Shown here: one piece after another, positions 13,701 to 26,695 of the stretch
How positions within the stretch are numbered: position 1 is the stretch's first letter
How the letters are laid out: every line of letters begins with the position of its first letter
Source of the DNA: Octopus sinensis
Taxonomy: Eukaryota
Direction of reading: 5' to 3'
Assembly (NCBI RefSeq): GCF_006345805.1
Contig: NC_043001.1
Coordinates: 73,904,001 to 73,968,000 of the forward strand
DNA length: 64,000 bases
The notes under the pieces: model-generated
Seen by the model: only the letters and a program-made list of their open reading frames with translations
Databases searched by the model: none
Told to the model about the DNA's origin: nothing
Position numbers and translations under genes: made by a program

Positions 13701-14710
13701 GCATGATTTGAATTTGGAGCATAAAGTTCATATGAGTAAATACTGCAAGATATATAGAATTTCTATACAAATTCTGCCACCCATTATTCCAAATATTACC
13801 TGACCCAACAGAAGAAGTGTCACCACTGTCATCTACTTGGTTAAATATTATTTAATATATAATAATGTCAAATCAAAACACACATGTGAGGTATGAAGTG
13901 TGTATGTGCCAGTACTCAAAATAAACTCTCAAAATTTGACATCTGTTACTGGTAGGAAGATACTGATGGTGGAGTTGGGTTCAACTGGGTCATCTAGCCT
14001 ACTAATTATTAAAGCCAGAAATAAATGGGAAGACATGGGTTCGAGTTCCACTGAATCATCACATTTTTATTTTCTCCTATATATGTACTCCTTTTTATGC
14101 TTGTATATTTTTCTTCATTTTAAATGTAGACATGTATCTAGTTTGATCCTAAATTAATCAACTTCATTTAACTGGATATGTTTAGCTACTAAACATCCTT
14201 ACTTCGGAATATTTGACTATATATAGATATTATATTTTGTTGGTCATCTTGTTATAGAATTACGTATGCATAATCTACATCTCTTCGAGTATAATCTTAA
14301 AGTAAATTAAAATTGTAATGAACCAAATTTAATCTTTTTTGTAATTAACCATTTTGGTATCATCTTGCCTGAAACTATTCCTGAATCTGTGATCCAGCTT
14401 CTTCTATCAAACTTCCTTGTTAATTTATTTCAAACTCCAACTTAAAAACAATAGTTATTTTCCTAAATTCTTCATAGTTCCCAAAATTAATTGAATGAAA
14501 AGCAGTGTTTTGACAGAAATATGGTAAAAAAAAAAAGGATTTAAACAATGCCATGAAACCATTATTTCTGATCTCTTTTTCTAACATGTCATAAATTGCA
14601 GTTCAATTTTGACTGTTCACATTGATGTTGTACATAAATACAAGGTGTTAAGATTTGTCCATTACATACAAGTATTGATGAAAAAAATAGACATATTCTG
14701 TTGTTCAAAA

Positions 14711-15583
14711 TACATGATCTGGTCAATAAGTATCCAGACTTATAGTAATATAGCTAAAGCATGCAGACTGAAGCTGCTTGGCATAAATTAACCTTGCACT
14801 CTGCTGTGTTTTTGCCCTAAGTTTTAACATTCTAGCTCACTTCTGCTGCTTACAGCAGTGCTTTGGAAGGAACATGTGTAATATATGATTGTTGCATTGA
14901 CCATAACAGAGAAAGTTCAGCAGAGAATCTGCATCAAATTTTGCCAAAAGCTTGACAATACCTGCTCAGAGGCCTCTGCAAAGTTTTCAAAAAGTTTTCA
15001 TTGTTCTCAACACTATCAAGGAGATCTTGCAAAACTGAAACCCAGTGTCTTTTTGGTCAATTGAAAGCAGTATGAGACATGTGTCTCATACCCAAATCTT
15101 CAGTGATAATGGACTGAACTTTAAGTAATCTATACATCTCTAATAACTCATGGATGGTGATTTGACGACTTCCCCTCACATCTGCATGCACATCTGCAAT
15201 GTCTTTCTCAGTTCTACTGGTTGTGGATCTCCCAGAACCTTCGTCAATATAGACATTTTTCGGCCATCTTGGAAACATCTGGATCACTTGTACACTTGTG
15301 TGCGGCTCAAACACTCGTCTCAACACACTTTCTGCAACTTTGTGTAAGCCTCTGAGCAGGTATCGCCATGACAACTTTCTCTGTTATGGTCTATGCGATG
15401 ACTACATGCTACACCTCTTCCTTCCAAGCTTTGTTGTAAACAGGATAAGTGAGCTACAACGTTAAAACTTAGTGCACATGCACAGCAGAGTTCTATATCA
15501 ACCTCTACCAAGCAGCTTCACTCTGCATGCTTTAGCTTCATTAGTATAGCAACAGTCTGTATACTTATTGATCAGACCTCATA
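14711..15583. mobile_element. mariner-type transposon derivative made of two 5' ends in inverted orientation; partial transposase HTH on the minus strand
   Basis: Left end TAcatgatctggtcaataagtatccagact; right end ttattgatcagacctcaTA. The inverted homology continues about 250 bp to gaccataacagagaaagtt. The left arm encodes an EKVQQRICIKFCQKL-like start. The minus ORF 15057-15374 has DEGSGRSTTSRTEKDIADVHADVRGSRQITIHEL...IITEDLGMRHMS (mariner HTH). Confidence 0.8.
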
Positions 15584-15959
15584 TAATAGTTATGTTCCTT
15601 GACTTCTGTCTTCTCTCTTGATTGTATTTCTCAGAACCATTGTAGGGTTTTTTGGTGTTTTCTTTGATATCACAAACTGTAACTTTTCTCGTATCTATTT
15701 GTTCCAAAGAAACCTTGTTATTTTAGTTATTGTATACAATCTTTCTTTTACTAGTATTAGTCACTGGACAGTGTCCAGGCTGGGGCACCACTTTCAAGGG
15801 TTTTAGTCAGTCATATTGACCTCGGTACTTACTTCAGTCCGCTACTTATTTTATCGATATCTATTCGTTGAGCTGCTATGTTGCAAGAGGTAAAGGGATA
15901 CAGCATAAACAACACTGATGTGTAGATCAGTATAAATATAATCATATTCACACATGCAT

Positions 15960-16365
15960 GAACATGTGGTTAAGAAGCTAGCTTTGTGACCATGTGGTTT
16001 GGAGTCAGCTACACTGCATGGCATCTTGGGCAAGTATCTTCTACTATTGCCCTGGACTTGTGAGTAAATGTTTTGAGAGTGAATTTGGATGACAGAAACC
16101 ATATTAAGTCTATTGCACACACGCATGTGTGTATGTATATCCTTGTCTTGATATTATATTATGATTGTAAATGAGCATCACTGTCATAAGAGTGGTGGTG
16201 TTTGTTTCCTGTCATCTATTACAAATGTCTAGCCAAAAGAAATATTATCTTGTTTGGAAACAAGTGAGGGTTGATGATAGAAAGGTCAGCCAGCTGCAGA
16301 AAATCTGCCTCAACAAGTTCCATCTGATTCATGCAAGCATGGAAAAGTGGACATTAAATGGTGAT
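15960..16365 (+). mobile_element. SINE family A
   Basis: atgtggttaagaagctagc...ggagtcagctacactgcatggcatcttgggcaagtatcttctactattgcc, then the long 3' extension ending catgcaagcatggaaaagtggacattaaatgg. Confidence 0.7.
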
Positions 16366-16954
16366 GATAATGAAGATGATGATTGATATACACATATCAT
16401 TGATACATACTCTGGAAGAACTTTAAGTTTCTTCACATCTTCCTTCTTTAATAAACTTAGTTAAACTTATATTAAAACTTGTATTTATTTCTGGTGTTTC
16501 TTAGTTGAAATAAGTCAGGAAATTCATATAATTGCTTTTCCAGTATATTGTTATGCATGGAAATTTCTTTTGTAAACATGTTATAATCCCTTAGTTTGTT
16601 TCTTTTTTAATTCCACCAGACATGATTTAATGTTATAGTGATTTTTCTTTTTACAATGATCTTATTGGATGAAATAAGAACTTCTTACTTTTCCAATCTA
16701 TTTTATTTTAAGATAGATTTATGTATTGCCTCTTGAGTTTGTGTTCATTAATAACATTTTATTAAACTCTGTTTGATTTCTAATGGATTCTTTTTCTAAA
16801 AGTTTATTTGCATTACCATTTGAGTCTTAGCTTGTCTTCTATTTATTGTTGCTGTGCAGCATATTGTTTTTCATTCATTCATTCATTCATTCATTCATAC
16901 ATGCATGTATGTACAGATGTGTGTATGTATGATTGTCATCAACACCATCATTAT

Positions 16955-17170
16955 CATCATTTAATATCCGTATTCTATGCTGGTGTAGGTTGAACAGTTT
17001 AACAGAAGCTGACCAGCTGAAGAGCTGTCCGGACTTCATATCTGTTTTGGCATGGTCTCTGCAGTTGGATGTCCTTCCTAATGCCAGCCACTTTACCAAG
17101 CGACTAGGTGCTTTTATACAGCACTGGCATGGATGCTTTTATGTGGCACTGGCATGGGTGCTGTGCAGCT
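16955..17170 (-). mobile_element. SINE family D (reverse)
   Basis: ggatgtccttcctaatgccagccacttta...ggtgcttttatacagcactggcatgg is the reverse complement of the family D core. Confidence 0.6.
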
Positions 17171-17519
17171 AGGGTTATAGTCCAAGCTGTGTTCTCTTGA
17201 AGCACATCTGCTTATTCTAGTATTCCAATATTGTATGTAGATGTTATGGTTGTGTGAGGTATGCATAACATTTGAAAAATACTGGAAAATATTTTTTTGC
17301 TTGGCACTCATATATCAAAGCAGGAGATTGGAAAAAATTATTTGTTTCTCTATCTGAAATAATTACTTGGTTCCCTGTCTGAAGAATTCCTAATAGGAGA
17401 TATCTTACATGTTTCTCCTACATGTATAATTTTGTGATTTCTATTAGCAAATAAAACAAGTGTAATGGAGAATAATACCAAGATTTTTTTCCCCAATATC
17501 CTGTTTGTATATTATTATA

Positions 17520-17840
17520 TTCTTTTACTTGTTTCAGTCGTTTGACTGTGGCCATACTGGAGCACTGCTTTTAGTACTTATTCTATCAGTCTCTTTTGCC
17601 AACCTCTAAGTTACAGGAACGTAAACACCAACATCAGTTGTCAAGTTATGGTGGGGGTACAAACAGATACCTGTGTATATGATGGGCATCTTTCAGTTTC
17701 TGTCTACCAAATTCACTCACAAGGTTTTGGTCAGCTCGAGGCTATAGTAGAAGACACTTGCCCAAGGTGCTGTAGAGTGAGACTGAACCTGGAACCATGT
17801 GGTTCAGAAGCAAGCTTCTTACCACACAGCCACGTCTGCA
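17520..17840 (-). mobile_element. SINE family A (reverse)
   Basis: tttcagtttctgtctaccaaattcactcacaagg...gaagacacttgcccaaggtgc...gactgaacctggaaccatgtgg...cttcttaccacacagccac. Confidence 0.78.
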
Positions 17841-17913
<73 letters not shown>

Positions 17914-20900
17914 ATATATATATGAATTATTGTTGTGACAGTTTCAAGATATTGTTTGTTCTTCTGTTGCAGTGTAATGTAGTGTGGTATAGAAATATTG
18001 TCTTAGTCTCACATCAGTCCTGGCTGAGCCAACCATATGATCCAACAGTGACCATCCCTATTTTTAAAAATATTTCTTTTGTTTATTTAGACATAGTGTC
18101 TCTCATTGTCAGTGGTCATCTGTGCACAAAAATCTTATGTTGTACAATCTTTTTTCCCTGCACTAAAATATGCATGCACTGAATATATTTTCAGTGTAAT
18201 CATTAATATATTATTTCAAGTATCTAACATTCTGTTTTCTGATTTCAAAATGTGCACACACACATATGGGTGGATACACCTCCACTCTGTATCCAACCCA
18301 CACACAAGCTAAAGAAACAGTGTATCTCTATCCTAAATTAAATGTAAGAGTTGTTGATTCCAGGTTTCGTTTCTCTACTCCTACTACAGATTCAACTGTA
18401 AGAATAATGTCTTCATCATACAAGAATGTAATAGTTCAATGTATCAGTGGGTTATCCAGTGTGTCCTTTTTTTGTTAAGATGGTATAGTGTGTGATATGA
18501 GGAAAGTTTGACTGCTATTTCTAGCAAGTCCTGTTAATTATGTAGAAATTTCCTCTTACAAAACAATATTGTATGCCACTTGAAGTGGTACCAATATTTT
18601 CATGTTTCCAGTGAATGTTAATATATGCTTCAAGGCTGAAAATTATTTCAAACATTCCATTATCTCCATTGTTAATTGTTTAGTTTATTTCATAAAAGTC
18701 CTATTGGTTATACTGTGTAGAGAAGGCACTTGTTGAAATGGTGGAGGTGGTGTTGGTAACAGCTATAATGGTTCAAGAATAAACGAGGAAAATATGGAAG
18801 CAGCTTAACAGGTTTTCAGTCACATTTCATATTCTATTATATGAACTGCAGTTTTGGTAGTGAGGGCTATGGTATAGTCATTTTCCTGTCTAGCCTGTTT
18901 TTCAATACCTTTCTTGTTTTTTGGGGGTAGTAACTGCAAGTGAGGCAAGAAAGGCAGACTTAGTACAAGATAGTTATTGCTCGTGTTATTTACTTGTACT
19001 TCAACTACTCCTCATAATATTTATTTTTCATTCTTACATCATTCTGATGGATTGCTATATTTGTAATCTACACTCGACTCTGTCATAGTGCTAATCTCTT
19101 CATAGTGTTGCCCTCTTCAGTGTTTGACTCAGTTCTGTGTCACACTCAATCACTGAGTGTGACTCAAATTTACTTGTAATACTTCAAAAAATTTGTCATT
19201 CATCTTCAAGTGTTTTGTCTGTGTTCTTCCATCTTGCATATGCTACTAGCACACATTGCATTGAGTCTTTAAGTACATACCCTAGTACTGAAGGAATTAG
19301 AATGCTGTATCCAATTTTCAGACATGTAACCTTTTCAACTATCATGTTAATGTGGTTGATGTTGGTGATAAGAGATATGTGCAAAGAATCTTAAGATAAT
19401 GACAAGTTTGCAACTTCCTGGCAAGAAGTCAACATTTATAGCAATGGTGCTTGGTAAAGTGGTTGAGATTCTCTCTAAAATTTGGTAAAAATAACTAACA
19501 AAATAACAGAAGTTGGCACTACTAAATTTGTCAAACCTGTTTGGGATGGATAAACTTTGATATTATAATTAGACTAAAGTATATGATTAATGCTCATAAT
19601 TAGACAAGGAGGAAGTTACGGTTAAGTTTCTTGCTCAAGGGTTATAATGAAATACAAACTCCTGATCTATCAGGTTAGTATATTATCTATTTAGCTAATC
19701 TACTTTGTAAATAATATTTTTAATCTGTAATGATACTTTTGTGAAGTAGATAGTTTAGTACCTTGCTCAAAGATACATTATATAGTGAAAACTTTCTTAG
19801 CTAGTATTCCAGTTCTTTATGTACCCAGTGAAAGTAACTTTAAAATAATAAGCACTATTCTCATTTTAATGAGAATTTTCCATTGCTGGTATGAGTTGGA
19901 TGATGATCTGCAGTAGGCTATGTTACCACAAAACAGCCTGGCATGTTTCTGTATATACTGCCATGTCTCACTAATAATTGTTTCTAACAATGCTATCAAT
20001 GTTTAAGCATAGGGCATTAGTTGATTACATAAACTCCACTACTAGATTGATAATTTATTTTATCAAACATGGAGGGAAGAAAGGCAAAGTTGACCTTGGT
20101 GGGATTTGAGCTCAGAAAGCAAAGAGCCAGAACAAATACTGCAAGGCATTATTTCCTCACCCTCTTTCATTCTGCCATATCACTAGCTAATAGTGATAAT
20201 AGTGATGACAATGATGATGATTTCTAATACAGACATGAAGATACATATCTGAGGAAGGAACAGTCAATTACATCAACTCCAGTATTTTAAAAAAAATCTT
20301 TTTGTGAGATGAGATGTGAGTGACCTTGGCCCATTAAAATCCTCCAAAACTGTTAGAGAGGAAGAAGGCTTATCCTCAAACGGGAAACCTGGTCTGAGTG
20401 CTTGAAACAAAGTTCACTTTAATAAAATACCCAAGGTGCTAAGTTGTGGTGTTAAATGGTTGATGAGCTAAGCCTACCGACCAAGTAGGTTGTAGCCAAA
20501 TTTGAACTCAGAACACAAAGCACTGGAGCAAGTATGTCACGGCATCCAGTTTGATATTCTTAAAGTTCCACCAATCCACTGCCTTAGATGAGCATTGTTT
20601 TTTAATATCCCTGGAAGGATAAAAAAATCAAAGTTGACCTGATGGGTTTTGAACTCAGAATGAATAGAAGCAGAACAAATACTTCAAAGTATTTTGTCCA
20701 ATGCTCTAATGACTCTGCCAATTCTCTAAATGAATGAAAGAAAAGATAATGTTCACCTCGGTAGGATTTGACCTTGGGTCATAACAAAACACTGCAAAGT
20801 ATTTTGTCCACCACTTTATCATTTCTGCTGTCCACTGGTCTTTATAATGATACCATGTGGACACAATTTCATTGGTTGACTCTTTGTATGGTATTAATTA

Positions 20901-20934
20901 TGAAGTTGTACAAAATCCATAACTCCAGAAATAT

Positions 20935-21385
20935 TTATTTTTTATCTTTCAGTCATTGAACTGCAACCATGCTGGGGCACTGCCTTGAAGGGTCTTAGTC
21001 AAGCAAATTGATCCTTGTACTTTCTTTTTTTAACCCTGGAACTTATTCTGTTGGTCTGTTTTGGCCAAGCTGCTAAATTATATGGATGTAAACCAACAAA
21101 CATGCACATACTAACACATACACGCACACACACACACACACACACACACCACACACACACACACACACTCTTTCTCTCTCTCTATCTCTCTCTCTCTCTC
21201 TCTCTCCATTGCTCACTCATTTGCTTGCTCACTCAAATGGTTTTTGGCCACCAAATCCACTCACAAGGCACTGGGGGCTCACAGGGTTATAATAGACACT
21301 TGCCCAAAGTGCTGTATGGCAGGACTGAACCCAAAACTGCATGGTTGCAAAGTGAGCTTCTTAACCACACAGTCATGCCTGCGCC
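20935..21385 (-). mobile_element. SINE family A (reverse) with an internal (CA)n/(TC)n tract
   Basis: caaatccactcacaaggc...gacacttgcccaaagtgc...gagcttcttaaccacacagtcatgcctgc. Confidence 0.72.
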
Positions 21386-23269
21386 TTTGATAACATCAAT
21401 AATCTCAGTGCTTTTTTAAAACAATTTTTATTAACAAGCTGTATGCTTCAAATTTAGATATATTTAGATTAAGAATGATCAGCTTGTCCTAGTTATGTTT
21501 ATCTTTAGGTCGAATGATCTGTTTCAATTGTTTTGTATGTTTGATATCATTTCCACGTGTTGTTGTTTGCATCAGATAATTAATTAGTTTTAGTTTGAAA
21601 CTGAATAATAAGATAGCTCCACAGAGGTAGTGGACAGCCATTGTGACATTGCAATATTTCCCCCATTTCACTATTGAATTCTGCCCTTTTATATGTTTTC
21701 TCTGTTTCAGTTCTGTTCAGTTTCAATTCTTCCTTTATTCTTGAGCACATTGGGCAACAAGTTGACACCATTGGTTTCTGTTGGCTGCAGTTCCCATGGA
21801 CTTCTTTCACATTGGTTATGAATGTTCTGCACCATGTAGTTTTCGGTCTTCCTCTCATTTCTTTTTCCCTTTGTTGGTTTCCATATGTAAGCTGTTTTAG
21901 AATGGTGTTGTTCTGGTAGGCAGAGTATGTGACCTGCTAATTTTAATCTTTATTCTATCTATTATTCCTCAGTTTAACCCCACCACCACCTGGCCCCTGC
22001 AAACAACTTCCTCCTACCAACCACTGAGTCCCTGGAAAGGTTATGCTAAGGGCACTGCCTTCCTCTGACATTAAAAAAAAATTCTCACATTACTTGGTAT
22101 CAGAATTATCTAATTATCTACTGAATTTTTGATTGAAAATAAGGTTGGTACTTTGATAAATTACTGTATTTTAACAAAAAAAAAAAAGTCTCAAAGATAT
22201 CATCCTGGGTCCTGTATGCAAAGTTGGGTCTATATTACATACTTTAAATATAGTAAAATCTTTTTTACTGAATATGCACTGCTGAATTCGAGATGCATTT
22301 AATATGCCTGTGCCTTTTTTATGCCATCAAATACAGTATATTGAAGACACCTAATATTTACAATACCAACTTTAAGAACCACTGAAGTAATGTATTTTGT
22401 TTGCTAAACCTTCATTATTGCCAACCTTTGTTGAGTATCTATTTAGTTAAGTAGTTGGTTCTTTTCCTTTCTCTTCCTCATTAATGTACATCCTGTGTTG
22501 CTGATAATTATCAATTCTGATAACAAAAAAATAATCTGACAAAAGTTTAAGCGATAATTTTTATCCATTGTTTACACAGATTACAATAATATATTTTGGC
22601 ACAGGGTATAGCATTTGTTATCTGAACACTTTCTTCTAATCTCTGAAGAATTATCATTGCTGATGTCTTGTAGGTAGTTTGATTATTAGTGGCTACATGA
22701 CTTTATCATCTTTACATATGCATGTGTGTGTGTGTGTGTGTGCATGCGTGTGCATTTTATTTATTCAAAACTGAATCAGTTCCTCCTATCCAGTAATACA
22801 CACAGAGCATGGCAGAAATACCATCCCCTTTTGTTTTGATGCATCACTTGCCCATAGTGCTACATGGGACTGAATCTGAAACCATGTGGTTAGGAAACAA
22901 GTTTTTCAGCCGCACAGCCATACCTACACCCTATAAACCATATCTACACCCTATATGCATGTGTGTGTATATAATGTATTCAGGAAATTTTAAATCTCCT
23001 TCATCATCATAAGGATATTATCCATCCATTAATTCTTGTTTTTTTTTCCCTCTTTCCTCTTTTCACATTTATTTTATCATCTTTTAACGATCTCTTTAAA
23101 CATTTTCTCCCTATTTGGTATCCAAAATATTTCAGTTTCCTGTTTTTGTGGCTAATAATTTTCTTATTTTTTGCCATTCTTAGAAATTCATCATTGGTTT
23201 TGTGGTTTGTTCATGATATTATCAAAAGTATTCTGTATGATGCACATCCCAAAGGCTTGTTATCTATTT

Positions 23270-23500
23270 GATAATATTTTCATTTTATTGCCATATTTCT
23301 GTTGAAATACACTGCCTTTATCTCAATTAATTTTGAAAGTAATGAAGAATTTAATAAAATAACTATGTCATTATTAAGCTGGTGTTTGGGACATATATTA
23401 ACACAAAATTTTGATAGAGGTTTCAATTTAACTCACTTTAAAACCTGGAAATTTATATTGTAGAAGCAGGGTTGGTTTCAAGTGAGTTGGGATCAAAAGA
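23270..23500 (-). mobile_element. piggyBac-like MITE family 1 (reverse, partial)
   Basis: ccatatttctgttgaaatacactgcc...attattaagctggtgtttgg is the reverse complement of the 53898-54119 element. Confidence 0.6.
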
Positions 23501-24695
23501 ACTAATCCTGTCTTAATGTTTAATGTAAGTGTTTAATCAAAACAAAAGCCAACAGTTTTCAAAGAACTGGGCTGGTCAATCATATCAACCACCCCTCTTC
23601 CTCAATACCAAAACTGATCTCTGTGGGACTTGACATTCATTCGTAATGTGTTGGAAGAGACTTCAAGGCATTTTTCCCCCATGCTCTTATGATTCTACCA
23701 ATCCACCACATAATTAATAAACAGAAAGACTATTTGTTTTTCGAGCAAGTACCCACAGACAGAAAACTTGGTTGCAGTAGAAGGAAATGCTTTCAATATC
23801 TGAGAAATTTGACTCACAAAAGTATTACATAAAAGAAGCAAAAGTGACACAAAATTCTAAAAGTATATTAAGGTGTTCCAGTGTGACATGCAGGAAAGCA
23901 TTAAATTCAATATATTTTAATATATTTGATTTTCCTAAAAATTTCTGAATTGAAGTTCTAGAGAAACTAATGAGGAAAGCAGCCAGAACATTGTTAATTT
24001 GAACCTATTCGGAACTTCATTAGTAACAAAAAAGCTCTTGTCTCATTATGTCTTGCGTCGCATCACATGTAGACATTTTGATTAGTTACAACTAAAGATA
24101 ATGAGCTTGTTTTCTCTCATTATTTACAAAGCAACAATCAGTTGTCATAACCACTATTACTTTTTAATTATATTTTTGGATTCTTGCATAGGTTGCTAAA
24201 ATTAAAATCATTTGATTAATTCTATTGCTTTAAAAGTTTTTCCTATGATGAAAGCAACGGATATTAGTATGAGAAATATTTAATATAGAAAAAATGATTA
24301 TTGTATTTTCTTTTTAAATCTATTTATTTTCATTATAATTATCCAGTTTATGTGGTTTAGATTTTCATTTTGATGCTAGATGATTGATTAGTTTTCTGAT
24401 AGATTTCCTCCCACTACCCCTGAAACTATCCATTCTGTCTTGTGTATGAAAGCTTTCCCATTGAAGTCTACTCTCTTACTGAGAAGATCAGCTGCTGAAA
24501 ATACATCCACACATTCACTGCACTGCAGTGGCCTAAACAAACTATAAATGAAAGATTTCTGGAGAATTTCAACATGATATATATTATTATTTGCCATCTC
24601 CTGGCAGCCATTATAATAAGCTCGCAATCCATGAAGTAGTTGTTCAATCCCATATCTATTCACCTATTTCACATCTACTCTTAGGTCATTGTACT

Positions 24696-24699
<4 letters not shown>

Positions 24700-24731
<32 letters not shown>

Positions 24732-24772
24732 CACTACTACCACTACTGCTGCTGCTGCTATTATGCTACTAC
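24700..24772. repeat. (CTA)n/(CTG)n trinucleotide microsatellite
   Basis: Seen directly; similar tracts lie at about 7780-7845 and 30490-30565. Confidence 0.9.
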
Positions 24773-25204
24773 TAACACTGCTCCAAAGATGTAAACACCA
24801 AACCTGGCAGAATGTCAGTAGTAAAGTGATGGCAGTGCTGTTATCTTCACATTGGCAAATGCTACAGATTTGCAGGCAAAGCAAGGATGATTAAATAGAC
24901 ACCAATACGTGTCTGGTATATATGTTATTGACTCTGAAAACAAACTGAATCCTGACAGGATTTCAGGTTGGAACAGAAAATGATAATAGTTGCACAACTG
25001 TTTTTACTACTCAATAATCTTAGATGATATTGTGGATGATGATGATGATAATAGTGCTGGCAGTTAATAGTAATAATAATTCTGTGTTATTTGTAGGCCT
25101 TGCATATGCTGTGTTGCTTAATTATCTTACCTAAGATGTTGTGTCACATAATTCTCCAATGTTTTTAACCTTAGTTACGTGAGGTTTTATACATTTTAAA
25201 GTGA

Positions 25205-25269
<65 letters not shown>

Positions 25270-25424
25270 TCTAGCAAAAACTGTCCGACGAACGGCAATA
25301 TGAAACTCAGAGTAACAGGTTTTGTTGAATTTTCTGCTGCTTTAAATAAATCATATTACTCTACCACTGGTATTTGAGTACTCTTTTTTTTCCACCTTGT
25401 TTCACATTTATGTGTTTACTCCGG

Positions 25425-25430
<6 letters not shown>
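25270..25430 (+). ncRNA. Short (TA)n-flanked repeat carrying a degenerate minimal type I hammerhead-ribozyme fold (Penelope/retrozyme-like)
   Basis: AAAAACTGT-CCGACGA-ACG GCAA TAT-GAA-ACTC A GAGT-A-ACAGGTTTT at 25276-25323. Stem I CUGU/ACAG with an A/U extension; core CCGACGA (U4C relative to CUGANGA); GAAA; palindromic stem III; GUA site. The repeat recurs at 40335-40415 (-) and 40605-40710 (+). Confidence 0.6.
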
Positions 25431-25460
<30 letters not shown>

Positions 25461-25864
25461 AGGTGTCTTGACTTGAGAGTTACTTGGTGACCTCATAAGT
25501 GCTCTGGTACCATGAGAAAACACCCAATGCATTTTGTAAAGTAGTTGGTGTTAGAAAAGGCATTTAACTGTAGAAACCATGCCAAAACAGACATTGGGAC
25601 TTGACACTACTCTAGCTCATCCAGTACTTATTTTATCAACCCTGAACAAATGATGACCTCGGTGGAATTTGAACTCAGAGCTTAAAGCTGAATAAAATGT
25701 TGTTAAGCATTTTGTCTGACATGCTAACAGTTCTGCCAGCTTGCCACTTGGTCATATTTGTAGTAGTAGTAGTAGTAGCATTGGTTAGTACAATGACCTA
25801 AGAGCAAATCTAAGTAGATGTGGGTTTGAACTACTACTTCATGAATTGTGAGTTTATAGTGTTT

Positions 25865-26105
25865 ACCAAAGGGAAGCTAATTATAATAATAATGGTTTCA
25901 AATTTTAGCACAAGGTCAGCAATTTTGGGGCAGGAGCTAAGTTGATTACATCAACTCCAGTGCTCCAACTGGTATTTATTTTATTGACCTCAAAAGGATG
26001 AAATGCAAAGTCGATCTTGGTGGAATTTGATCTTAGAATGTAAAGACAGATGAAATATCACTAAGCATTTTGCCTGGCATGCTAATAATTCTGCCAGCTC
26101 ACCAC
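25865..26105 (-). mobile_element. SINE family C (reverse)
   Basis: attttattgacctcaaaaggatgaaatgcaaagtcgatcttggtggaatttga...ctaagcattttgcctggcatgctaataattctgccagctcacc is the reverse complement of 42925-43135. Confidence 0.72.
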
Positions 26106-26424
26106 TTTAATAATAATAATTATTATTATTTGTTTCCACATTGCTGGCAAATGAAGGTTACAAAGACAGGTTACAAAATTTTACCAAATTTTACCAAGTT
26201 CCAGAAATTGGATTAAAGTGGACAAAAGTAAAAAGAAATGACTAAGGTTTTTAAATTTCCTCTGAGAGGGATACTGCTGCCTAGAGCCAATCAAGCAACC
26301 CCAGAGATCCAAGATTATCCCTTGGGTTCTGGAAGTTTTGTCCTTGTTTATTACATACTACTGTTCACCTGACAGTTTTGTATTATTTCTTTACTCTTTT
26401 GTTACAGTATTTATGTTGAAATGT

Positions 26425-26695
26425 AGTGAGGCGTAGTGGTTATGGTATTTGGCTTATCACTAAGGTCTTAAGTTCAATTCCCAGCAGCTTATTGTATCCT
26501 TGAGCCAGACACTTTATTTCATGTTGCTCCAGTCCATTCAGCTGGTAAAAATGTATCATGCTGAATCTCCCTGAGAGCTATGTTAAGGGTACATGTTTCT
26601 ATGGAGTTCTCAGTCACTTGCATGTTAATTTCACAAGCAGTCTGTTCCCATAGATTGGACCAACCCTTGTTACCATAACCAACGGAGTATCAGTT
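26425..26695 (+). mobile_element. SINE family B
   Basis: tagtggttatggtatttggc...agttcaattccc...ccttgagccagacactttatttcatgttgctccag...gaatctccctgagagctatgttaagggtac is shared with 28165-28425 and 58795-59090. Confidence 0.7.

Noticed and set aside
18364-18397. Possible small exon ttgattccag|GTTT...CAACT|gtaaga
   Set aside because: It is 34 nt (frameshifting), has a weak acceptor, and shows no similarity to the expected PDZ exons.
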